Assembly: GCA_038087875.1 (NCBI GenBank)
Contig: CM075982.1
Location: 12,400,001-12,464,000, forward strand
DNA length: 64,000 nt
Reading direction: 5' to 3'
From: Malacoraja senta
Taxonomy: Eukaryota
The position numbers were made by a program, and so were the translations under genes. This document shows positions 38,886 through 50,536 of this stretch, piece by piece. Under the pieces are notes generated by a model that had not been told where the DNA came from, searched no databases, and saw only the letters and a list, made by a program, of their open reading frames with translations. Within the stretch, counting starts at the first letter, position 1. Each line of letters begins with the position of its first letter.

Positions 38886-40446
38886 TAAGGCCATGTAATA
38901 AACTGGTTTGGACATATCAATTCATTTCCTGCCAGGTTAATTCCACAACAATATTCCTCATACTTTTCTAAAAGTGCCTAGGGGCATCCTTCAGTAAAAT
39001 CATTGGAAACTTGGCATGAGAGTACCTCTGTTCTCCGACATGGCCTTTAGTTTTTATTCAATTTCCTTGTGCTCTTGTAACTGATATATTTGCTCTACAG
39101 GAATTAAGAAACACTTATCACTATCCTTGACTCCTATTTTTCCATTTCTCTTTTCAAAAGGATGTACGAGCTCCCCGAATGACTCAGTTGGTAAGTGCAC
39201 TGGTTAATGTTCATCAGTATTGTAAATTTGTCTGTCTGTTTGAATTGATATCAGCTTAGATTGCTGAATAGAGTATCTTTGTACGTGTCAATAGAAGCGA
39301 TCACTTGCCAATTTGAATGGGCACCTGCAGTTAAAGTAGCTGCCGTGTTCTTGATGAACAGTGGTGTCTGATTACTGTACGGAGGCTACATAGACTTTTT
39401 TTCCCCCAAGAGCGCTTTTTCTCCATTTCAGTTTCCAAAGTAAATTTTAAGTAGATCTCTACTTCCTGCGATATAACCAAGAAGCCCAAGTAATACAAAT
39501 TGTGTTCCCTAATTCATTTAATCAAATTTCGCTTTGTGGAAATGGGCTGTATCCACTTGATGTTTAGATTATTTCGTTTATCTGCTTCGTTAATTAGTCC
39601 AAGTTACCACCAGATTAAAAAAAAATACTGATAAGAAACAACACTGCATCTGCGACCATCCCTGTGTCAGCTGTGCATCCTTCCAATCTCTTCGATACTT
39701 GTCTTCCACTGCAAGTTCCACTTGTTTCATTCGGCCACTGGTGATTGTGTCTTCCACCATCCATATCTTGAGATCCTGGAATTCCTTCTCAGGTTCTTGT
39801 TTTTTTTAAAGTTTATACAACCATATTTTAGAAACATGTCCTGGTTTTATATCTCTGTTGAACTTGAAACAATTATTGCTTACAAAGTTTTTGTTGTGTG
39901 ATTTGGAAGTTTTTTTTTCTGTATAAAGCCTATACGAATGCAAACTAGAGGAGAAAGTGGTTGTAATTGCTTGAATTTCTTACAAGCTTTTATCGGGAAG
40001 GAATTCTAAAATTTATCTCAACTGTTCCTTTTGTTGAGCTAGTCCAGACACCATTTTTTTGTGCAATTTTCTCTGTCTGTGTTGCATTTCAACTGAAACA
40101 GAATTGTATTCTCACCTCAAAATTCATTCATATTTGAAGTTAGTTGATAGCACATTAGCAAACAATTCTGGGAACTGATGGTATGTAAAAGCTTTGGCGC
40201 GGTGGGATTGTGGGTGAGGGAGTGCATCAAGACAATGTAAGTATCTTAGTTGGAATCATTTTTATCAATCTTCAAAGCACCTTATTTTCATTGAATGCAG
40301 GTTAAAAATACCAAAAATCATTTGTTGCAAACCTTCCGAGTGAAATGATTGTGATGGGTTTCAATGGGGGGGAAAAGATGAGAGGAATAATAAAGTGCTT
40401 TGCTCGTGTTTCTTTTTCCTTGTTGCATCCTTTCCATTTCATTTAG

Positions 40447-40561
40447 GAGAAATCAAAATCAAAGGGCAATCTTGAATCAAAAGGGACAAAGGGAGATAAA
40501 GGCTTCCCGTTGCAGCCTATATCTGACAACAGTTCCTCTCCTATTCTTCTGGAGCTAAATG
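40447..40561 (+). CDS. BCL7B: BCL7B coding exon 3
   Basis: EKSKSKGNLESKGTKGDKGFPLQPISDNSSSPILLELN; tttAG / GTGAGT; phase 0 to 1. Confidence 0.85.
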
Positions 40562-41040
40562 GTGAGTGCATTTCAATCTTTTTTTTATGGTGCTCTAAGG
40601 ATTATATGGAGGTAATTTGCTCTACTTGAGGAATGCTAATATTTGAGAAATTGGATTTGTTGTCAGTTGAAGTAAAAAGATTATTTTTAAAATAATAATT
40701 TGTGCTAAATCATTTTTGACAGCTTTGTATTGACTTGTGTAGTGTGATGCTAGACCTAGTGTAGATATTGGGTATCTTCACCTGAAAGAAACTATTATAT
40801 CAGTTAAGAATGTTCATGCTAGTTCCCCCCCACCATATAGTAGCTCAAAAATGTATATTATTAGATGTCCTTTATTGTCATATGAGATTTGAGCTTTTAA
40901 TCAGTCTTTGGGTGCTAATGCCAATTGGTGAAGAATTGTGAAACCGTGTAACCTGTGAAGCTATTTCATGTGCTTTCTACATTGGGGCATTCCCTTGATG
41001 TTCTTCCTACATATATAGTAGCTGCAAAATGCTGGAGTAA

Positions 41041-41357
41041 AGGGGCTGTCCCACGGTACGAGCTAATTCAAGAGCTCTCCCGAGTAAAAAAAAATAATCA
41101 AACTCATGGTAAGCACGTAGAATGTACGGAGCGGGTACGTCGGAGCTCGGGACATCTCTTAGCGGCTGGTAACGCTAACGGCAGGTACTCGGGAAACGGG
41201 GTAAGCTCGGGAAGACTCGTGAAGTTTTTCAACATGTTGAAAAATGTCCACGAGAGCCCCGAGTACCTACGAGCGGCTATTACCGTAATTCTCCGAGTTC
41301 GAATCAGGGGAAACTCGGGAGAACTCTTGAATTAGCTCGTACAGTTGGACAGCCCCA
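41041..41357. mobile_element. Harbinger-type MITE nested in a Penelope-derived repeat
   Basis: ggggctgtcc / ggacagcccc TIRs; TAA TSD (41038-41040, 41358-41360); host element flanked by 18-bp repeat acatatatagtagctgca. Confidence 0.8.
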
Positions 41358-42568
41358 TAACTCAGCAGGACAGGCAGCATCTCTGGGGAGAAGGAATGGG
41401 TGACGATTTGGGTTGAGACCCTTCTTCAGCCTGTCCCGCTGAGATACTCCAGCATTATGTGTCTACCCACAATTTAAACCAGCATCTGCAGTTCTTTCCC
41501 ACACATATATAGTAGCTGCAGTGTTACAGGCCTTGTTAAATATAGCGGAATGCAATACACAGGATGCTCTGGTCTCAGTTACTTGAACTTCTTGAGAGTC
41601 CACTCTCTTGGAAAGCAAGGCCATGCCATTGCAGTGAAAGTTCGAAGCATGAATAACTCTTGCATTGGTAGCATGTTTGCTGCCTGTTTATGGATCAACG
41701 TGATCGAGAAGCTTGGAATTAATAGACAATTTGAATAAATAACCAGAAATGTAGGATGAGTGTCTCTGAACCGGCAGGTGCAATGACCTTTGTATTAATT
41801 TCTAATTAAATTATCTGTTTTTTGCAACATTTTGGGACTCAGTAAATCAGTGGAATGACACTGACCTTGGATTGAACCAAAAGGTTTTTTTGTGCCTAAC
41901 TAGATAGTATAAGTGACGTCAAGGCAAACTGCTGTATTTGGTCATGTAGAAGAAACTTTCTTGAGTGCTACAACAGACCAGATTCATCTGCACCATCCTC
42001 ATTTCCATGACCATCCCCTCCCAATTAGGAAAAAATTAACTTTGAGTGTCAAATAATGTTGTCTGCGTCGCATTAACTTCTGGGCTGCTTACACAGGCGA
42101 TCCATGTTTACGAATGTATCTCTAAATTTTAATCCTCTTAGTGGAGAAGATGAGGCTTCTCCCTTGGTACCAATCAATAAGAACAGAATTCAACAGAGCA
42201 AGGCAGGTGCTATTCGACAGAGCAAGGCAGGGTTTTCCCAATGTCCTGAGATTTCTGTTTTCTGGCTATTGAAGGATATAGTTTGATTGAGAGGAAATAG
42301 AATTTGTGTCCCCTCTAAATCCCTACAAAGTTAAATTGTTGGTATTTGCTCTCTAAATCTGTGCTGAATGGTCATTGAAATCAGTAGAGCAGCTTGGGCC
42401 CATATCCAAGCAGATATTAGTGCTCTGTGGAGTAGGGTGAGAAACTAGAGAATGATATTGAAGTATTTGTTGTTGAAGCTAATCGGGAAACATTGTATTG
42501 TTGGATTGTTTTACTGCCTATGATCATTTCCATTTGATTTTAAATGTCTTTCCTTCCTAATTTTTCAG

Positions 42569-42739
42569 ATGAGACTAGTAATCAGAGTTCCCTGTCGGAT
42601 GCTTACCAGGTAAAAGTGGACAGCAGTACAAACTCGAGCCCAAGCCCAGAGCAAAGTGAGCCTGTCAGCCCAACACTTCTGTCTGATTTTAAAGCAGATG
42701 ACTCTCAGCCTCCCATGCTTGGGCAGGAAATAATGGAAG
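42569..42739 (+). CDS. BCL7B: BCL7B coding exon 4
   Basis: DETSNQSSLSDAYQVKVDSSTNSSPSPEQSEPVSP...DDSQPPMLGQEIME; phase 1-1. Confidence 0.93.
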
Positions 42740-43843
42740 GTATGAAGAGCATTAGGAACTATTGTTCTTGTTAATTATAATAAGGATGAACTATCAAACT
42801 ATTAATTTGGCATTTAGAATGATGAGACACTTTAGAACAGTTGTTTGAGTACTAAATTGTGAAGTGCATATATTTGGATAGTCCTCTGTTCTAGTAACCC
42901 TTGGGTGTAAATAGAGCATAAAGTTCTCCTGGTGTTCTGATCAATATTGTTCTCTCAGCTGACAAAGGAGTAAATGGGATGTTACTGTTCTTCGTGGCAT
43001 CTTGCTGTGTGAAAAGAGGCTGCCACAGTTGCCTGATGACTATATTGCCTAATCAATTGTGTGATGTAGTTTAAAGACTGTGCAACCACAAACTGTCGAT
43101 CTTGTTGTGGAAGGACTGGGTTAGATACTAATAAGATGTATGAACAAGAATGGGGCTCAGTGCAGGTTTAAAAGTACCTTGCCAGAAACAAATGTGTGGG
43201 TCACTTATCTCCAGGGGTGACCATTTAATCCTGAAAACCATGTAGCTCAGATGAGTTTATTTTTATCTTTATAAAATGTCTGCATCAATCGTTACCCTCA
43301 AAAATGAAATGAATCCCATTGAGAGTAACACTAGGAATTGTACTTCACTACCAGTGTATGAACAAAGAAATACAACATTGTGGAGCTCAGTCTTGATTAT
43401 TCTCGGGCAGACATCACAAGGGAAGCAATGAATTGGTCTGGCCAAATACACACGTTATTGACATGTCCCCGATTCCTCTGCATAGAGTTGAGATGCACAT
43501 GGTTTTGGATTGTGCATTCTGCAGACCAGATTTTGAACAGATTGTGGAATGTGCATTTTGCATGTAAAAGTAGAACTCATTGGAATTGGCATCCTCTGTC
43601 AAAACAAGGATACAGTAATTCTCCTCCAGGCAAGCATAGTTTTTATTCATTAAAATGTTTTCCATTTATTGATGAAATATTTGTAAAAAAAGCTACAAAG
43701 GCAATTTGCAGTTCTAATTTGTGTTGTTTTTGCTCAAGTTGCACTGTTCCCTTGCTCCTGTTAATGGCTCTACTATTTTATTTTCATTCAGCAAGTGGAC
43801 AGTGTGGGTTAAAACAGTTATAATTCTTAATTCTCTCTCACAG

Positions 43844-43924
43844 AACCTTCCCTTCCCTTCCTCAGAAGTAGGAGATGATCCCCCAATGCTCACAAAAGAA
43901 GAACTGGTTCCATTGCAGCCTCAG
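43844..43924 (+). CDS. BCL7B: BCL7B coding exon 5 (contains a +1 indel as assembled)
   Basis: EPSL/PSSEVGDDPPMLTKEELVPLQPQ; cAG / GTAAGC; 81 nt where 80 is needed. Confidence 0.85.
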
Positions 43925-44307
43925 GTAAGCTAAGAATACACTGTGTGCATGGGTACAACGTGTAGGGAAGGCTCAGCTTGATGCATTTTAAAGTGAATAT
44001 TCATTTGCATTGAGTATCTTTTAATTTTGCAGAAAGGCTAAATCATAGTTATGTTTATAATACAAAGTTGTTAATATCATACAGCTGAAGATGAGGTTCA
44101 TCTTCAGGAACTTCCGGATTATGGAAAGGCAGTACACCCGAGGCAGTTTATGGATGGTGTTATTTCCATTTGTGTTTTGATCTGAATTATGATTTTTAAT
44201 ATCATACTAGACCAAGTGCAGACCCGCTGGGGTCTCTCCCCAACGCGCGTTTGCGGGGGGGGGGGCTGCGGCGTTACACTCAACACTAACCACCCCCCAA
44301 ACACACA

Positions 44308-44836
44308 GGCGGGGGAGGGGGAGGTGGGGGGAAGTGGAGAGAGAGGAAGGGGGGAGAGGGGTAGGGGGGTGGTGGAAGAGGGAGAGAGGGGTAGGGGAAG
44401 GGGGTGGGGAGAGGGAGGGAGGGGGAGAGAGAGGGGTGGGGGAGGGAGAGAGGTGGGGGAGGGAGAGGGGTGGGGGAAGTGGTGGAAGAGGGACAGAGGG
44501 GTAGGGGGAGAGAGAAGTGGAAGAGTGGGGAGGGAGGTGGAGAGGGGTAGGGGGAGTGGTGGAAGAGGGGACAGAGGGGTAGGGGGGAAGGAGGGGTGCG
44601 GGGAGAGAGGGAACGGGGGGTGGGGGAGAGAGAGGGATGGGGGTGGGAGGTAGGGGGGTGGAGAGGGAGATGGAGGAGGGGGAGGAGAGAGCGGTGTTGG
44701 GGAGGGGAGGAGAGAGGGGTAAGGGGAGAGAGATGTGGGGAGGGGGGAGTGAGGGGAAGAGGGAGATGGGGTAGGGAGAGAGGGTAAGAGTGTGGAAGGG
44801 AGGGGGAAGAGGGGGGGGGGAAGGGGGTGGGGGGAG
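44308..44836 (+). repeat. ~530-bp G-rich polypurine low-complexity tract
   Basis: Almost exclusively G/A with many G3-G5 runs. Confidence 0.9.
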
Positions 44837-44903
44837 AGATAATGTATATACGATTTTCCAAACCCTTTTTGATTTTTTTCCTTCAACCTATTTTTGGCAA
44901 TAG

Positions 44904-45002
44904 GTTGTGGAAGAGGAGGGATGATGAATATTCTGGTGCACCACCACTGAAGAGGTTTGCACAGGACAGAATGCTGTGACTCAGCCGGCAACTGAGAGCT
45001 AA
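44904..45002 (+). CDS. BCL7B: BCL7B last coding exon (compensating +1/-1 indels as assembled)
   Basis: Reconstructs to VVEEEDDEYSGAPPLKRFCTGQNAVTQPATES-stop, similar to the human BCL7B C-terminus. Confidence 0.82.
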
Positions 45003-48000
45003 CCCAGAATCAAAGCAGGCTTTCCCATGGTACCTCTCTGACTTACCATCACTGACTGACTTAAAAGAATGTGATATTTATTTTCTTACTTTTAATGAAT
45101 TGTGATGCATCTGATTTGGGTGTTTGAATTTAAAATGTTTCTGTATTGCAGGATGATGTCCCTTTTGTTATGCAAACAGGAATGGCTGTGGTCTGTGGCT
45201 CCATTGGGCCTTCCTAGTTGAAGACACTTTTATATTGATAGTGTCAAAAGTAGCACTAATCTAAAGGAAGTGTCCTGCTCACCTCTTAACTGGGTCTAGC
45301 ACCAGCCTTTTTCTGGGACAAGAGTACCCATTGGAAGAAATAATGGGCCTCTGTATTGACCCTCAACAGGGACTCACTGCAAAGTGGTACAGTACAAAAA
45401 GATGATTGAAGATCCCAGTCTCTGCTCTTCTGGAGTCCTCAGCATCAATATGAAAGTGCCTTGACACTGAAGTGCCTCTATATCTTCACCCAATGTTTAA
45501 GTGAGCTGACTGAAGAGGGATTTGTGTGCTGTCAATTCTTGATTTTATACATAAATATGCAGTCTTCATCCTCGTTTTATCCATGATATAAAGTTAGACT
45601 CTCATCTGTATTCAATGAAGTAAAATTGAGTGCAATTTCTAAAACAAAAGGGTATTGAAATTGTATATAAACTTTTTTGAAAATTTATATTCTCATGATT
45701 TTACTGAATTTGCTTATGATGCAAAAAGCATTAGATCAAGCTGGTATGGGTACCTTTTGATGTATTAGTTTCCATGACATTGAATCAATTTTAAGTACCA
45801 TTAACCCAGACTTGCATTTTTCTTTGGGGAGAGGCAACAGATGATTTTAGAAATTTATTTTCTTGAAAAGAGAAATTGATCTCCTATATGATCGGGTCAA
45901 TGTTTATGTCGCTACATATGCTGTGGTGCATGAGATAATGTATGGCATACTAACGAGAGTTATAACTTTTGCATATGGATCGCTCATGTGGATTAATTAA
46001 TGAAATTAATTCCCCTGCATATTTGACCAGCTGTTAGTACTGATTTGCCTACGCTTGCACAGCAAGGTTGACTCAGTAAGGAGTTGCTACATTAAAGAAG
46101 GATTAGAATCTTTAATCACCCACCAACCTTTCCTATCAATACTGATCACATCCTTCAAATCAATTTGTCAGCTGTCATCTGCAGCTGATTTTTAAAACAA
46201 GCTGGTTCCTGATTGAAACAAAATTAGATTCAATCCTTGTTAGGTTTTATAGCAGGCAATACTGCTACATTAACAAGTTTAGAAAAAAAACATGAACAAA
46301 CTAGCAGATGTGTGGAGATTTCGGAGACATAGCCATGGTTCCAGTGGATTCTACTGCTAAGCATATCACAGCATTTTGTATTTTTATTTTGAAGATGTCA
46401 CTGTTTACCATCAGTCATTAGTTGGGTTGTTGCCAATACACAAGTATTTTGCAGAAGCACATTAGGCTCACAATGTAGAATGATAACTTCCGTGTATGTA
46501 CCGAGAGGAATATTTGCATCCATGATCTATCATTGACCCCTCAAGAGGTCAGTGTCTGAAATTGAGAAAGTTGGTAAAATAGAACTTCAGACTATATTCA
46601 ATCCTATATGGTTTTCCCTCTATGTTTTTTTCTATACAGCTTACTCATTGATTCTTTTAACACCAGAGTGCGAGAATTTTTTTTCCATAAAAAACAAAAA
46701 ATGGCCAACAATATTCAATAGGTGTCGGCACCATCTGTGGAGAAAGATACTGAGATACTGAAAGATACATTTTGGATTAATGTCCATCCCTGATGAATGC
46801 CAATTTTTATACCATTATCATGATTCATAGCTCGCCACCTTCCTAATGGAGGCAGCTTCTTTGCATGGTGCTCTTGCCAAACTTTGCTCTTTTCTGACCT
46901 TGGGAAATTACATAAAAATAAATGTCCTCATGGGAATTTCCAAAACTTGTGCACCTAAACCTTGACGTGGTGCATGCCGATCACACAGTTAGCAGTGTTT
47001 GGTTGTTTATTTTTATTCTGGAATGTTGTTGTACTCATTTTTAATTATTTGTTTTGCATCAACTTTCAGTCAACCCCATTTGCAAACATCCTTGCATCGT
47101 TCCAACTTGGATATAATTTGTCATCTTTGAGAAAAGTGAATTATTTCCATTTCTTCTGCTGCTAAATTAAACATGAGTGAGATTATCATTTTATTTTTGG
47201 TTAGTCATTGAAAGTTTTAGTAACTCCCTAAGTATCCAGATGTCATCTATTTTATCTTTTATATTGCTTTAGTACCTGCTGTATTTTACTTCACAGTTGC
47301 TTCGCTTTGGTGATAAAGTTTCACCTGCCTTTGCATCTTATTCCTAACTTCCCTATTTAAAAAAAAAAACGTTATGTCCTCTATTTGGTAGTGTGCTTGA
47401 TTGGTCCCTTTCACATTCTTATCTTTTATACAAGTATTAAATATTTTGTGTGAAATGAAAAATATGGATCTTTTAATGTTTTTTTCGTGATTGTCCCATT
47501 GGAATCTCAATATTACTTGCTACTCTAAGTAGCAATATCTTTTAACCAATAGGTCATCTTTCAGAATCTATGAAGATGAAAGATTTCCTAATTACAAATA
47601 TAGACACTCATTTTTCATGGAAGTGAAGACAGGACAATGTGAAAAATGTTCATATTTTGTATTTGCTGATAAATGCATAGATATATTTTTGAATACAATG
47701 ATAAAATAGACTAATCAATTTGTATGTTGAGTATATTTCTTTAGTTTGCTTCAGAATGCATGGAAAGTTGCGCAAAGGAGCAGAAACCAGGACAGTGTTC
47801 CAGAGCATTCAGATTTTGTTCATAAAAATGTTTGAAGGGGCAACAATTGATATTGCGTAGGGCATAATGGGTCATTCCTTGTTTGGTGACGCAAACCTCA
47901 CAATTTGTAACTCAACAATTTAGTTTGAGTAATCTCAGATACCACCTAAAAATAAATGAGGAATTCTACATGTGTGTATGAATAGCCATGATCATTATTC

Positions 48001-48603
48001 AAGCAGAGGAACATTGCTTAAAAGTCTTTTACATGTACATAGCCATGAATTAATTCAGATTCTCCAGATTCTTCAATTGTTTAAATAGTTTTCAAACAAA
48101 AAAACATAACATTCTTCAATAGCTTTTTCTGCAAATTGTATTTCTGATGTTTTGTACCTCCTAGGTTTCACCACACAATGAATTCATTTTAATAAGTTTG
48201 CACACTTTGTGACATTCCAAAGAAATATGATTTGAATGACATGTATTAACTCTTGGGTGGATCATGGTATGTAAACTACACTAGTACCATAGAACACAAT
48301 GCACATGTGAGACACATTAGATTCTATTGCAACAGCCCAAAATCTAAAACAATAGGTTTGCACTTGTTGGTTTAAGGTAATATTTTACATTGTTTTTTTG
48401 TTCCTTAAAAATTTTGAAAAGGGTGGCACCATTCTTGGCGATCAATACAGGCACATATGCAGATTTTAAAAAGTATTATTGTATTGAAGCCGTTTGCATT
48501 GTTCGAGAAAGCAACGCATGAAAGTTCAATTCTAATATTTACATGGGCACACAGAATGAGTTTTGCTCCTCTTTTACTGCCTTTATTGTGTAAATGATTG
48601 TAA

Positions 48604-48791
48604 AATAAAAATATTGTCAGAAGCAATATAACATGAATCACTGGTATGTGCTTATTTGATGAAATGTCATTTGAAAATGCAAAACCGTAATTTCAAAAAG
48701 TACTTCATACCTCAGAGGTTATGTGTTGCCTTTCAAATTGTAAAACTCAAATTATTGGGGGATTGTTATTCAAAATGCTTGTGAAAATAAA
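48604..48791 (+). terminator. candidate BCL7B polyadenylation signals
   Basis: AATAAA at 48604-48609 and 48786-48791, at the end of a stretch with no recognisable repeats; motif only. Confidence 0.4.
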
Positions 48792-49886
48792 GTGTTGAAA
48801 TGAATTAAAAGAAACAACGTTTTATATATTTTATAGCCATATATTTTATGTTGGCTTTTTTCATCATATGGAAAATTACAACAGTGACTTTTTTTAAATT
48901 TAAATTACAAGTGATTTTTTATTTTTTCATGATTTCAATTATTTAATCTAATAATTAAGGTAAAGTTGTGAAACTGGTTACAGCTGATTACAAAACAGAA
49001 AAATAGAGAATTTATGTTCTACACAGATAGGTAATTATCAATTGTAATAGTTTGGTCAAGTGATAGGAGCAGAATTAGGCCATTCGGTCTATCAAGTCTA
49101 CTCCGTTATTCAATCATGGCTGCTCCATTTCTCCCTCTTAACCTCATTCTCCTGCCTTATTCCCTTAACCCTTGACACCCATACTAATCAAAAACATATC
49201 TATCTGCCTTAAAAATATCCATTGACGGCCTCCATAGCCTTCTGCGGCAAAGAATTCTAGATTCACCATTTAAAAAATAATCTTCCTCATTGTGTTTATT
49301 CACTTGTCACCTACCCAGAACCATCTGTAGTCATGCCAGTGAGCCATTCTTGGTGATAAGCTTTAAGTCATCCATCCCAAACTAATTCTGTGCCCTTTAT
49401 AATTCTTTATATTTCATCACAATGCTGCTTAATCTGGACGAGCACCAACTCATCAGCTAGTTGAAGACAGAAAGAGGTGTTCTTGCTTGTGTTTAGTTTG
49501 ATATCATAGGCTCCATAGGGCTGGGTTTCAATTTTGAGTCAACCACATTGCTCTGTGAGCAGTCACAATATATAAACCATGCAAGGAACAATGTGGTAGC
49601 TTTCTTGCTACTGATCATCGTGGTAACATTTGTCTCCACTTCAAGCAATGCTCTAATGAGAAAGTCAGTTGTAGATTTTGCATGTTCTCATTGGTATTAT
49701 CAGTCACCCTCAAAACCATGTGCCGAAGCAAATTTTCCTTGATCCGTGAACTTCCAAGGATTTGAGAAAGAAAAGTTAGTATATTTAGTGTATTTAAGGC
49801 TTTCCACAAATGAAGACCAGTGTTTGATATGGAATCTACTTAGTTTCATTTTTTTTAAATGGTTTGGGTGCTCATATTTTGTGATC

Positions 49887-50130
49887 CATAGAAACATAGA
49901 AAATAGGTGCAGGAGCCAGCACCGCCATTCAATATGATCATGGCTGATCGTCCCCTATCAATAACCCGTGCCTGCCTTCTCCCCATATCCCTTGACTCCA
50001 CTAGCCCCTAGAGCTCCATCCAACTCTCTATCTAACTATCTCTTAAATCCCATCCAGTGACTTGGACCACCACTGCCCTCTGTGGTAGGGAATTCCATAA
50101 ATTCACAACTCTGGGTGAAAACGTTTTTTC
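49887..50130 (-). mobile_element. CR1 LINE 3' end
   Basis: catagaaacatagaaaataggtgcagg tail as at 31320. Confidence 0.8.
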
Positions 50131-50336
50131 TCTTTTGCAAAATATTTTTAATGTGAATGAGACTAAGCCAACCCAGTGCCTCCTTGACACTGTGTTTTTC
50201 AAAAATACTTTCGAATTTTTGATCAATATAATGCAGAAATCTTCGTCATTATTTTCCATCAAAAGTCATATTATTCGGTTTAGTTCAGCAGCCATCAGTT
50301 GTCATTCACAATCTTAAAGCAAAAAAGTTCTTCGTT

Positions 50337-50536
50337 NNNNNNNNNNNNNNNNNNNNNNNNNNNNNNNNNNNNNNNNNNNNNNNNNNNNNNNNNNNNNNNN
50401 NNNNNNNNNNNNNNNNNNNNNNNNNNNNNNNNNNNNNNNNNNNNNNNNNNNNNNNNNNNNNNNNNNNNNNNNNNNNNNNNNNNNNNNNNNNNNNNNNNNN
50501 NNNNNNNNNNNNNNNNNNNNNNNNNNNNNNNNNNNN
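50337..50536. other. assembly gap (200 N)
   Basis: Run of N. Confidence 1.

Noticed and set aside
44119-44991. Long Pro-rich and Gly/Arg-rich ORFs on both strands
   Set aside because: Artefacts of the stop-free G/A tract
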